64,000 bases of DNA. It comes from Raillietiella orientalis. Lineage: Eukaryota. The translations under genes were made by a program, and so were the position numbers. Under the pieces are notes generated by a model, which saw only the letters and a program-made list of their open reading frames with translations, made no database searches and had not been told where the DNA came from. The stretch lies in the NCBI GenBank assembly GCA_036172245.1, contig JAYWIR010000029.1, positions 620,001 through 684,000 of the forward strand, written 5' to 3'. This document shows positions 53,101 through 64,000 of this stretch, piece after piece; position 1 is the stretch's first letter, and each line of letters begins with the position of its first letter.

Positions 53101-56100
53101 CGCCACCTCTCGGTAGGGAGGACTGGGAGCGCGCGCGAGTGACTGGCCCGTTGTCTGGGCGACGCCGCTCGCGCGCTCGACTCGTCGTTCGCCCGCCTTC
53201 CGAGCGCGCCCGCGGCTCCCTCCGGACGCACGCGCGCCCCTCGCGTCCCCCCGGCGGAGCCGAGCTCAGCGGGGGCTCTTCCGCTGGCGTCCCCCCTTTG
53301 TCCTTCCGCGCCCGCCGCCGCGCTCTGCGCGCTTCTCTCTCCCCCTCCCCTCCCATCCAATGGGGTCGCGCCGCCGCGGAGGGCCGCCGCTCCCCCTAGC
53401 GAGCGTGCCGGGAGCCCCGAGATGGCAGGTGGCCAACCGCAGCCCCTTCCGCCGTCTCATTGGGCGACGGGGAAGGAAGGGGGGGGAGGGGAGAGGGAAG
53501 GGGCGCGCGCGCCCGCGCATTCCGCTGCTGCTGCTGCCGCTGCCGCCCTGCTGCTGCTGCTCCTGATCGCGGCCGTCCGGCCCTCCGACCGCCCACCAGC
53601 CGGGCCGCTTCTCACCGCCAGCGCTTGGGCTCCTCGCGACTTGGGTGGTCAGCAAGGCCGTGGGACCCGCGCGCGCGATCACGCGCCGTGCGAGTGACGA
53701 CGGCGCCTCTCGGCTCGGGAGAGGGGCGGGGGACGACGGAGCACCGTCCCGCCTTTCCTCCGGCGACCACCAGGCCTCCGGGAGGGCTCCGCAGAGGAAC
53801 CGTCCTGGAGGAGGGCGGAAGGCGCCGTCGTCCCCGGATTCTCCTGCAGGGAGACACAGGGAATCCCGAGAGCCAGCGCAGGGAGGGCTCTCTGTCGACG
53901 TGGCGCGCTCCTGGGAAGCCCCCCCCCCCCCCCGCAGCTAGCGCGGGCACGGGGAAGAAAGGGGAAGTGAGACCCCTCCTTCCCGGCTCCGACCGACTCT
54001 CCGTTTGCTCCTCATTCCTCCCTGCGCCCTCCGTGCTGTCTCGAAGGAACCTGGGAGGAATCCGTGTGGCCCCAACGGCCCTCTCCCGCGTTTGCCCTAC
54101 CCTTCGCTCCCGTCCGGAAGGACTCGCCTCATGAGTCGCGGTAGGAGTTGCTCCCTCAAAGGGGCCAAGGCGAAGCCACGCCTTCTCCTCCTTTGCCTCC
54201 TGCCAGCCCCTCCGAGTCCTCCAGTGCTGGTGGGATCTCCCTCCGTCCCCCCCCTTTCGCTCTCGGAAGGGGAAGGAGGGAAGGAGTCACTGGTACGGAC
54301 GGGCACCGTGGGAATCGGCCGGGTCTTCCTCTTTGCTTAGGGGCGAGGGCGCTATGCCGGGCAGCCCCTTCCCGCCAGAAACGGGCGAGCCGGGGGTGCG
54401 AGGCAACCCTGGGCCAACTGGGCCGATCGATCCTGGGCGGCTCCGCACCGCCTCCGCTTCCCCGGAAGGGAGGGGTGTCGGGTTCTGGTTCCCTGGTAAC
54501 CGCCGCAGGATCCAGCGGCTGCGGGGATGCTCTGCGGAAGGATGGGGCGAGGGAAGGAAGGAGCAGGGGGGGAGGGCTGTCCTTCGTGGCTCGGGGAGGG
54601 GTCGCTCTTTTCGCCAGTGAGAGTGTGAGAGTGGGCGGGCACCCCAGGTGGCTCTCGGGAAGGTCGTCGAGGACCGCTGCGGAGAAGGCCCGAGGGAAGA
54701 AAGGGCAGCCCTCCGGTAACGTGGACGCTCCTCTCCCCTTTCCCCCACTCCCTCTCTTCCCACCTCGCGCACTCCCTCCCACCGCTGCCGGAGGAGTCCC
54801 GATCCGCCCTTACCAGCGCGTCTCTTCCCGCCGTGGGTGCCACTCCCGTTCCTTCCGTCTCAGCAGCCCTGGGCGGGCTCTAGTTGCCCCGTTGTCATGG
54901 AGAGAAGAGGGAGAGGAGAGAGTAGTCTTCGGAAGACGCAGATGACGGGTGCATGCCGCGTGCCTCGAGGCGCGCATCCGGAGTTCCCACACGCAAGGTC
55001 GGGAGGAGGGGGAGGGGATGCCATGGAAACGGAGGCACCGCTATCGCCTCCCCAGGCACGAGGGCACGCTCCCACACTCGGGAGAGGAGGAGGGCGACAG
55101 AAGCGGCGGGGGAACAGGGAGGGAGGAAGGAGGTCCCCGTTTCCGGGGAGACTGCGAGCTCGACCGTCGCCCCACTCCTTCCCCTCTCTCCGAAGAACTG
55201 CACCCCTTGATGCGATTAAGACCCCAGGGCCGCTCCCTCCTCTCTGGAGAGCTGCGTGGAAGGGATGGCTGAGGGGTGACACTCCTGGGCGTGCCCTCCC
55301 CCCAGGAAGAAGTCTACGGGGCACGGCCCTCCTTCCACCTACAGTCCGGAAACCCCCCGAAGACGGACAGTCGCAGTTGCCTGAGACCGCTTCCGGAGGT
55401 CCGAACGCTCGCTGGCGAGGGTCCACCTCCTCGGAAGTGGCGGCGGAGGGAGGGATGCATGAGCGGTGGTCAGAGGAGAGCGGGTCGATAGCCACCCCAC
55501 TTTTCAGGACTTCTTCCCTGGGTCGAGGCTGGATCGCTTCGAGGCTCATGAACAGTCCCTAGACATCCTCTCTCCCCGGCTGCATGCCTGTCTTTTTTTT
55601 TTAAGGGGAAGGGGAGGAGGTTCTGTTCACTCGACGCCCTCATTTTTTCTCCCCCTTCTCTCCCGATAGTCTTCCCGACCTGCCGACAGGGAGGAAGGAC
55701 GAGGAGCGTAGGAGAGTCCCCGCAGCATGCATCCCTCGGGCGCTACCCCGACCCTCGGAGCAGCTCGCCACGCCCTCGAGAGTCTTCGACTGGTATTGCT
55801 GGAAAGCGGAAAACAAGATCGCGTTGTCAGGGGAAACGGGGGAAGGCTCCGGCTGAGGCGGATCGCAGATCGCCCGCCGCCAGAGGGGGGGAAGCGCCAT
55901 TTCCTGCGAGATCGAGGCGGGGCGCTTATCTCCCTGTCGCAGCCTCCCGTGCAGAGAAATGGATGGAGTCCCTCCCCCGCTCCCTCCCTCTCTCTCTCCC
56001 TCTCGTCCCCTCGCATTCCCTTCCCCCTCCTCCTCCTTCCTTCCTCCCTCCGTCGCCCGCTGCTGCCTCCCGCGGTCGGGCAACGGCGATTCGGTCGTCA

Positions 56101-59100
56101 GGAGAGACTCGCTCGCGGCTGCCTAGGAAACCTCCCCCCTCCCCCGCCGGCGAGAGGACGCTCCCGGCGAACTCGGCTGTCAGAAAGAGGGAGGAGAGGG
56201 AAAACGGAAACGAGGAAAGAAGGGAGGGGGGGAGAGAAAAAAGAAAGAAAGGAAAAAAAAAAAAAAAGGGAGGGAGGGAGGGAGGGGGAGAGAGGAACGC
56301 GAGATTTCGTGACAGCGGCGGAGGGTGCTGGGAAGGCGGCAGGTGGCCCCGAGCGGCGCGCGCGATTCTTTTCCGAGACTCTGATTGGTCGAAGCGCGAG
56401 CGCTCGTGACGTGCAGACAGCCATGGCGGCGGAGGCGGCGGCGCGTCCGCCCTTCCGAGCGCTTTCGAGAGGCTCCCGGCGGATACGCCCGGAGCCTCTC
56501 GACGCCCTGGCGCTTTCTTCTTCTTAACCACCCCGCACCCCTGCGCCATCCCCGAGGGTATGATCCGGCTCCAGGACGGGCTTGTGGAGACGGGGCGGAA
56601 GGGAGGGCCGGTCCGGAGTCAGGCAGGCAACCCTCCGGTAACGTGGAAACGGCGGAGACAGAGATCGCCACTCGGGACCCAGGCTGCCAGGCAGCGGGAA
56701 GAACGCGTCTTCCTCCCCCTCTCTTCCCCTTCTCCTCCTGGTTCCCTGCGACTGCTGACCCCACCCACCCTTCAACGACCGGCGCCACGGGCAGCACGGC
56801 CTCCGCACCAGGCCCGCCATCTCTCGGAAGTTCGCGGAAACGGACTGGTGGGGGAGGAGGGGCTTCCGAAGGCAGGAAGGGGCCATTCGAGAAAGCACGC
56901 GCAAGACGGGAGTGGAGCGACTTTGGACCCTCCAGGCTTTGTACGCGACCCCCCATGCCGTTATAGGAAAGAGGGGTCTCGAGCAGGAACAGATGCCCTT
57001 CGCGACACCGGTGCTCCCGCTAAGCTACCCGAGGTCTTCCCATCGGGAGCAACGACCACCCCAAAAGGGAAGCTTAAGGAACCCATATCTTTCCGCACCC
57101 CCGTCCTCCGGCGGCCGTCCCGCGCCATTCGGGAGAGGGAAGAAACTCCCGGGAGGGGTTTGGGGGCATGACCGGGATCTCGCAGGCAGGAGAGCGGAAT
57201 GGGAGCGAGGGTGGAAAAGGGAGAGGGAAGTAGGGAGATGGAAGCGTGCGCAGAAGAGGGAGCCCCGAAGATTCCCCTTCGTCACGCTGAAGGTGGCCCG
57301 GAGGACCGGATGGGTGCAGCCCGCGGACGCGTCGCCCACAAGGGACGCTGAGCGGCGGCCGCGCGCGCGCGCCTCGCATCGGGCCGAGCGGAACGCCCTT
57401 CCTCTCCCACTGGCCCCCGACCGCATCCGTTCCGCGGCGAGGACGCCCCTCCCTTCCTTCGCTTCCCGCCAGGGCGACGAAAAGCAAAGGCGGGGAGGAG
57501 CGGAGGCGTCTAGCCCTTGATAGGGACGGAGAGGAAAGGAGGACGGGATGCCTTTCCCTCCTCCTCTTTCCCTGACTTCGATCAGCCCCCAGGGGGACAC
57601 GAAGGGAGGAGAGCGGCGTCAGAGGCTGCTGCTTGGAGGGGGGACTCCCGCGGCTGCGATCCTGGCTCCGATCCCCGGCTGCCTCTCCCGGTGCCTGTGC
57701 GTATTGCTCCCGAACCACTTCCCCCCTGGCATTTCCCTCTCCTGCGGTGGTGGCACTTCCTCTTCACCTCCTCCTCCTCATTTTGCGGCCGCTGCAACCG
57801 GCCTCGTGCTCTCCTGGAAGAGGCGGAAACGCTGGGAGCGATTCCGCTTGAACTACCCCCAGCCCTTCGCCAGCCGTCCTCCAAAAACAGAGCCCGCTCG
57901 GGAGGGGAAGGCGCAGGACGCCTCCCCCTCACGTGTCTCCGAGTCCCCGTAGGGAAGCCGAACTCTTCCGGAATGGAGAGGGGGAGAGAAGGAACTGAGA
58001 AGTTCGAAAGGAAGGAGGAGGGGGAAGAAGGGGGGCAGTCGTTCTCGAGGACTCCTGCCTTACCCTCCCCATGATTTTCGGAGGCGTGGCTTCCTCCTCC
58101 TCCACGTTTCCCTTCCATCTCTCGCGGAAACGCCCGTCACGCAGCAACCGCGGGTTCTCTGCGGGCGTCCTTCCGAAACATCCGAGGGAACATGCCCGGC
58201 GCCCCCCTCTCCCTCCCGCCGCCTCCCCCGGCGTTTCCACGGCAGCCTCTCCGATGGGCACGTCAGAGCCACCGGCAGGAGCGGAGCCATCGCCAGGTAG
58301 ATCCCGCGGCGTCGCCGCCGCTCGCTTCCCGGTGCCAAGAGCTTCGATTGGAGGAGCGTCGGCAAATGGGGACGGCTCTCGGGCGGAGGGACTCGCCCCT
58401 CCCACAACCCAAGCGCCCTTGCGCGCTCCAAGCCCTTCGCGCACGCCGCCCGCGGCAGTGCGGCGGCCGGGTGGATGCGGCGGGCAGCCCGTCCGTCCGT
58501 CGGGGCGACCTCGCGTTCCGCCGCTGGTCACGTGCGTTCCCCGCGCACGCAGCCTGGGGACATTCGGGAGCCCCCGCGGGGGGTCCGACCGCCGTCGTCG
58601 AGCATTTCTCCGTCACTGCTGGTACGCCGGGAGGAGGGACCCCGGGAGCCACGGCATGGGGGGTGTTCATGAGGGGGTGACACCGGAGGCGACCGGATCG
58701 CAGGAGCTGTGCTTAGGAGCCGCCGGAGGGGTCCTAGTGGGGGAGGGTAAGCGAATACTGTCAGCTGCAAGAGGAGACCCCGGGGAGTGACCGCTTGTGA
58801 CGGCAACCAGTCGGGTCCGCCCCCACCCCCAACGCCACCCCTTCCGCTGCGGCCAGGGAGGTCTGCACAAAATTGGGAGCGAGAAGAGAGCAGGGGAGGC
58901 CATCCGTTGCCGGAAAGCACTGTCGCCGTGGAAACAAGGTGGCTGGAGGGGCCCCTCCGCGCAGCCGACATGGCGGGAGGGCGCCACATTCCCGCGGCCC
59001 CGGCGCGCGCACCCTCCTCCTCAGCGACGCGCTGGCGCCCATCTTGAAAGGGAGGAACGGAGGGGTAAGATCGCTTCCCGGGGAGCACCTCGCACCCTCA

Positions 59101-61314
59101 TTGGGCGAGCGGCGGAGCAAACCCCACGCCCCTAGGGACGGGTTCCTCTGGAAGACGTCCTCGAGCGGCGGGTCGGCCGTGCTAGGGGCGATCTGGATCG
59201 AATCGGGAGGGGGGACTCGGGGAACCGCATCGCCCGCGCTCCCTGCGGTGGCGCCGCCAGGCTGCCCACGCCCTTGCGGGTTGCGGCTTGGGTCCCGGAG
59301 GAGCGCGGACGGAACGAAGGCGCGCGCGCCCGCCCCGAGGCGCTCTTGCGGCCTCCGCTCCTGGCCGGGTTGCCTTCGCAGCTGGCCCCTCCATGCGAAC
59401 CGGGTGCCAGACGCCCTCCTTCCGCGCTCCTCGCCAGGCTGTGCGGCCGGCGTCTCGGGAGGCCCGGCAGCGGCCCCCTCCCAGGGCGCCCCTTTGTCTC
59501 CCCACCTCCGATTGTTCCCGCGGACGCTTCCCACGGATGTCACGCGCGCGAGGGCGCGAGGAGGCGCGGGGGGGAGGCGGCCGCGGCGCGCCCTGCGCCC
59601 GTTCCCAGGAGGCTCGAGGAATGCGCCGGCGGCGGTCCCGCGGAGCCCGGGAGGTCACGCAGGAGACCTCCCCTCCATGGCATCTCTCCCGTGAGCAGTC
59701 AGCCTTCCTGGATTCCGGGAGAGAGCCGTCCCTTACGCTTCAGTCACCGGAGGTCACCACGGGGCCAGAGTGGATCCCCTTCTCCCCCTCTGACGCCCCC
59801 ACGGATGTCCCCTCGTCCGCGGCCTCCCTCCTCCTCCGGCTGACGATCTTCCACCGACGGACGTCGGGCCGTTGCCGTGGAGACGGACGCTCCACCATGC
59901 GCTCTGGCACCTATTGGGCGCCTGCTCGGATAAAGGCCCCCTGGAGAGATCTTGCTCTTCTCTCGGCCCCTGACAAGCGCTCTCTCCCTCCCGCAGGAAC
60001 GCGTGCTTTCCAGGCGCGGTGGCAGGGACCAGCGGAGACAGGAAAGCCGGAAGGGGAGGAAAGGGGGGGGACGCGTCGCCACAGAATGCCCCTTTCCCTC
60101 CCCCCCCCTCTCATCCTCCCCTTTGCTTCCGCTCTCCACCCCCCTGCACACCCAGGAGCTCCCTGTCTCGTGCCTTGACACTCCTACTGCCCCCCCCTCT
60201 TCCCTACGAGGCCGGCTTCCAAAAAGATTGCATCGTCAGAGGTGTGAGCCCGATCGGAGTCCTTCCTTCTTTCCCTGACTCCGGGCCGGACGGTTCCCAA
60301 GGCCGCAAGTGCCAACCCCGCACCCGTGGGGGCGCCGGAAGCGGAGGCGCTGCTGACAGGGAGAGGGTTAGACTTTCCCTGGGGAGCACGCTCTCTCGGA
60401 AGGGGGGGAAAGAGGGGGCGGGGGTGAGACCTGCGGCGGTGGAGGGACTCCCGCTGCCACCTTCCGAGGAGCTCCCCCTGGTAAACCCAGGTGAGGCAGC
60501 GAAGCGCCCACCTTCGACCCGTGGGCCGCGCGACCATCCTAGCAGCCGACCCAGGCCTGAGGACCAACCGCCGCGGAGCATCCCTGCAGAGTTCAAGGAC
60601 ACGCTTGATTCCCTCCCCACTCCTCTTCCTGCGGGAGGGCAGTCGAGAGGGCCGTGACCTAAGGTGAGTGCTCAGGGCAGGGACTTCCCTCCAGGTTCCA
60701 CGCCTCTTCCCCCTCTACCTCGGGGAAAGGCACTCCCAAGAAACCCCCAAGGGGTGGAGACAGACGACTCGGAGGGAGACGGGAGAGGGATGCCCTCGGG
60801 ACGACGACACCCTCAAGGAGTCCCTGAGACCCTCAGGCCCTCTTTCATTTTCCGATCTGCCTCTACCAGCAGGAGCACCTGGACTTCCCGATGTCCGGAA
60901 TACCTCGATCCCTGGAGAAGCCTGAGAAGGGGACAAAGGGGTGCTCCCCCTTCTCCCCCTTCGAGAGTCGACCTCGGAGGAGGGTTCTCCGGAAGCACGC
61001 GGAATGAAGCAAGAAAGCCGTACCACCGGTGTCCAGGGATGCATCTGGACCCCAGTGGGAGGGAGACTCTCCCAGGGGGTCCTTGGGAGCCGCGCAGGGG
61101 TGCCCGTTTGCGCCGGAGAAGAGTTGGAGGATGCCGAGCCTCCCGCGCGTCGGAAGGGATAGGGCACGGAGGAGAAAGCGGATCGACCTTCCTGCACGGA
61201 AAAATGGGGGTCGAGGCGGAAGGGGAAGATTGGAAGACCGGAGACGACAGCGGCGCTGTGGGTAACCAGAAGGCGCTGCCCCCTCTTCCGGCGGCCGCTA
61301 GCGCCATCTCTGGG

Positions 61315-61366
61315 GGGCAAATTTTCCTTTTTGATGTAAACAAAATATTCTATTAAACTACTACTC
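61315..61366 (-). tRNA. trnV: Mitochondrial-type tRNA-Val(TAC) pseudogene
   Basis: Minus strand GAGTAG-TAGTTTAATAGAAT-A-TTTTG-TTTACAT-CAAAA-AGGAAAAT-TTGCCC: perfect 5-bp anticodon stem, 7-nt loop with TAC, weak D-arm, no T-arm, imperfect acceptor stem. Confidence 0.65.
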
Positions 61367-61540
61367 ATTTTCAAGACAATTAAATTCTAAATTTATTTAA
61401 TTAATACTAAAAATATTTTAAGAACATATTCCCCCAACTGATTAATTTTAACATTTTTAATTGAAAGGTAATATATTATATACTAATAATAAATAATTGA
61501 TATAAAAAACATTTGGGATAAATAATTGATTTAAAAACAT
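61315..61540 (-). other. Nuclear mitochondrial insertion (NUMT)
   Basis: Sharp-edged island with 34 G+C in 210 nt (61331-61540, 84% A+T) inside GC-rich DNA. It contains a mitochondrial-type tRNA-Val and control-region-like AT sequence with a short direct repeat (TAAATAATTGAT...AAAAACAT twice). Confidence 0.72.
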
Positions 61541-63329
61541 CCCTCCCTCCAGGGAGGCCGTAGGGGGGAGTTGCAACTCTCGGATTGGCTTGTCGGAACC
61601 TCTTCCCCTCCCTGACTCTCCCTTCTTCGAAGGGGGTGTCCCAGGACCAATAGGGACTGCTGGATAGTCCCCGACACGGCCTGCCCGTGGGCCGCTCCTG
61701 AAGGTTTCCTCTACGCCTCGCTACCTTTCCTGGAACCGCGAATTCCTGGACTGACGGCCACGCGCGCTCCGCACCCCTTCGGGAGGGTGAGAAGCACCAT
61801 TCTCCGGCATCGGCGAGTGGGATATTCCCAGATCCCTCTGGAGAATCCGGTATGCGGCGGTAGAATGGTGCTACCTCTCCTCCTCCCTTCCCTTCCAGCC
61901 CAGGAGAGCGCGGCATTGCTGTCCAATTGGCTTCCCGCTCTCTGCCCTCCTCTGCGTGGCCCCACGGGTCCACGCATGCTGAACGCTGAGCATCCCTCAT
62001 CTTCCTGGAGGAGATTCATCCTCCCCCCCGTCTCCGACCTCTCGGTGGGAAAGGGCCAGACGAGAGGATAAGGGAAATGTCCTTCCTTCCTTCCTTTCCT
62101 CTGAGGAGTCCCTCTTCCGGACCAGCTGCATCCCCGGGTGTGAAAGTCCAGGCGGGATACACGCTTTTGCTGAAGGAACGGCATGCCTCCCGGAAAGAGG
62201 CATCTGGCGCGATCCCGTGGAGATCGCCTGTTTGCTTTTCTCCGGGACGGGTGCTAGAGCGCGCTCCTCGAGGAGGAACGTCCCGAGACAAGAGCCGACC
62301 CCGTGCCCGGAAGAAGATTTTGCAGGGAAGCGGAAGCGACCCACGTCTTCCGACAGGCTCTCAGGAGGAGAGTGGAAGTAGGGGAGAGCCCCCCAAAGGG
62401 AGGCGAGAGGGAGGATCTTGCCTGGGTCATGGTCTTACCGGGAAGAACTGGGAGATCGGTCTGAGGGAACGAGGGGGATCGGAAGATCGATCTCCTGAGA
62501 GGAAGGAAGGAGGGAAGAAATCTTCTAGGGAGTCACGTGACGTCCCGGCGTTTCCGTCACTCCCGAACGTTTGACAGCCCGAGCGGGAATGCCGCTACGT
62601 AATGGGAACGGGCTGATGAGACGCGCCGACACGAGGGCCGGGAATCCCAATTAGAGGAGTCCAGGAACACCCATGCTGCCGCTCGCTTCAATCAGCGCGA
62701 CGATCAAGGAGATTTCCGGGAGTCTTCCTGCTTCGGGAATCGTGATCCTTGTTGCTCTTCCCGAGCAGGCGATAACGAGGAACTTGGAGAGCGAATTCCC
62801 GGACGAGGTCCCGGAATACGCCCTGTGAAAAGAGGAGGGAGAAAGGAAGAGGAAGAAGAAGAAAAAAAATGCGCGTGATTTTTCTTTCTTGCTTTTGGCA
62901 TCCCTGCCGTAATGAGGCGCGGCCCACGAGGGAGGGAGCAGCGTCTCGCCGGCCAGCGCATCTCGCGCGTTCCCGAAACTCCGCTTCCCGGTGGGATGAG
63001 GAGGGAGGGAGAGAGCTCAGGGAACGGCGAGAGAAGGTAGGAGGAGGAACCCGGTGAAGGTAGCGCAGCATCCGAGAGGGAGGGAGGGAGGAAACGGCAG
63101 GAGCTTGGAATCAGGGAGGGCGAGGGGGAGGAGCAGGAGAAGTATGAAGCTAGCGTTAGGGGGATGGGGTGAGGTTCGGTCTGGACGGAAGCAGTGAGAC
63201 AGAAACTTCCCTCTTAGCCCCATCCCTTGCTCTCCTCCCTGCCCGTGTCCTCGGCGGTTCGCTACTGCTCGTCCTTCTCCTCCTCCCCGTCCCTCCCTCT
63301 ATCTCCTCTTCCAGGGATCACCGTACTCT

Positions 63330-63510
63330 TCTCTGGACTGGAGAGCGCCAGGTCTTCCCACGGAACAGGCCATACGATGGTGTGTCTTCCCGCCTTCCCG
63401 CTCCTTGTTCCCGCACAGGTGCTCAAAGGGGATCCGAAGCGAAACTCCACCCCAGGGACCTCCCTGCACTCGTAAACCAAGGGCATGAGCCTTTGCCTGT
63501 TCTCCACTTT
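63330..63510 (-). mobile_element. Possible decayed LINE RT thumb fragment
   Basis: LMPLVYECREVPGVEFRFGSPL...SGKAGR resembles IPLV.EV.YLGV.FDS.L....KA.R. Confidence 0.22.
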
Positions 63511-64000
63511 TCGTTCTCCAGTGGCTTAGTCGTTCGGCTCGCTCATAGGAGTCCACGAGGTCATTCCCCCAGGCACGCACGCACGCACGCACACGCTGAC
63601 CTCCGCGTGCACACACATATACATGTGCATGCGGAGGTCCGTGTGTCTTCGAAACCGCACGGAGAGTGTGTAGAGGTGAAACCCATTGCTCCTCCTCTAG
63701 AGAAAATCTCGTTCTCTTCCCTCCGGTTCAGCCACCAGCGCAGAGGAACACGAGTAGAGCTTACAGTAGCCCGCTTTGAAAATCATCGGTGCTCCCTGGC
63801 CAATCTGGCGCTTCCATCTGCAGGAACCGAGAAGGATATCAACCTGTCTCTCCTCCTTTTCCGACTATGCATCTTCCTTTTTCTTCCATTCCTTTTGGCC
63901 CACTGGCCCGCAAAGATCGTCCGTAGGGAGCGCTAAGTTGAGTCATCCATCCGAATTGGAAAATCCCCGGATACGAGACGCGCAACAAAGGAACGAGGAA

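Larger units (their letters stand above)
61120..62470 (+). mobile_element. Decayed CR1/L2-like LINE RT domain, interrupted by a NUMT
   Basis: Collinear motifs: EDWKT (61225), GLLDSPRHGLPVGRS (61654), GIFPDPS (61819), GERGIAVQL..RSL (61903), MLNAEHPSSSWR, VKVQAGYTLL (62149; YADDTLL-like), W..VCFSPGR and CLGHGLTGKNW (62419; YLGV.L...L.W-like). Confidence 0.6.

Noticed and set aside
47890..60657. Numerous 200-330-aa ORFs, including a Kozak-like GCCATGGCGGCG near 56421
   Set aside because: No homology or codon structure; multi-frame openness; the Kozak ATG leads to only 34 codons.
60900..60960. LRRGQRGAPPSP as an RT QG motif of the adjacent LINE
   Set aside because: It lies upstream of EDWKT, out of RT motif order; either chance or a separate scrap.

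Overview
Eukaryotic (most likely arthropod) nuclear DNA. Only two protein-coding genes can be reconstructed with confidence, and they sit head-to-head in an AT-rich, CpG-poor island (about 10.3-17.1 kb): a 4-coding-exon HP1/CBX chromo-chromoshadow gene (minus strand, 12730-12006, 186 aa) and a 7-coding-exon hnRNP A/B gene (plus strand, 13584-15263, 340 aa). This is the same divergent pairing as vertebrate CBX3-HNRNPA2B1 and CBX5-HNRNPA1. The hnRNP 3'UTR carries a candidate UAG-packed 110-nt cassette exon that looks like an autoregulatory NMD switch. The rest of the window (1-10 kb and 17-64 kb) has no recognisable host gene. It is GC/CpG-rich and full of homopolymers and purine/pyrimidine tracts, and nearly all of the long ORFs in the track are GC shadow ORFs. 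Reading all frames by eye shows about a dozen very decayed non-LTR (LINE) reverse-transcriptase relics; the clearest one is split by an 84% A+T mitochondrial insertion (NUMT) containing a T-arm-less tRNA-Val. The relic calls are by-eye motif matches and need HMM confirmation.
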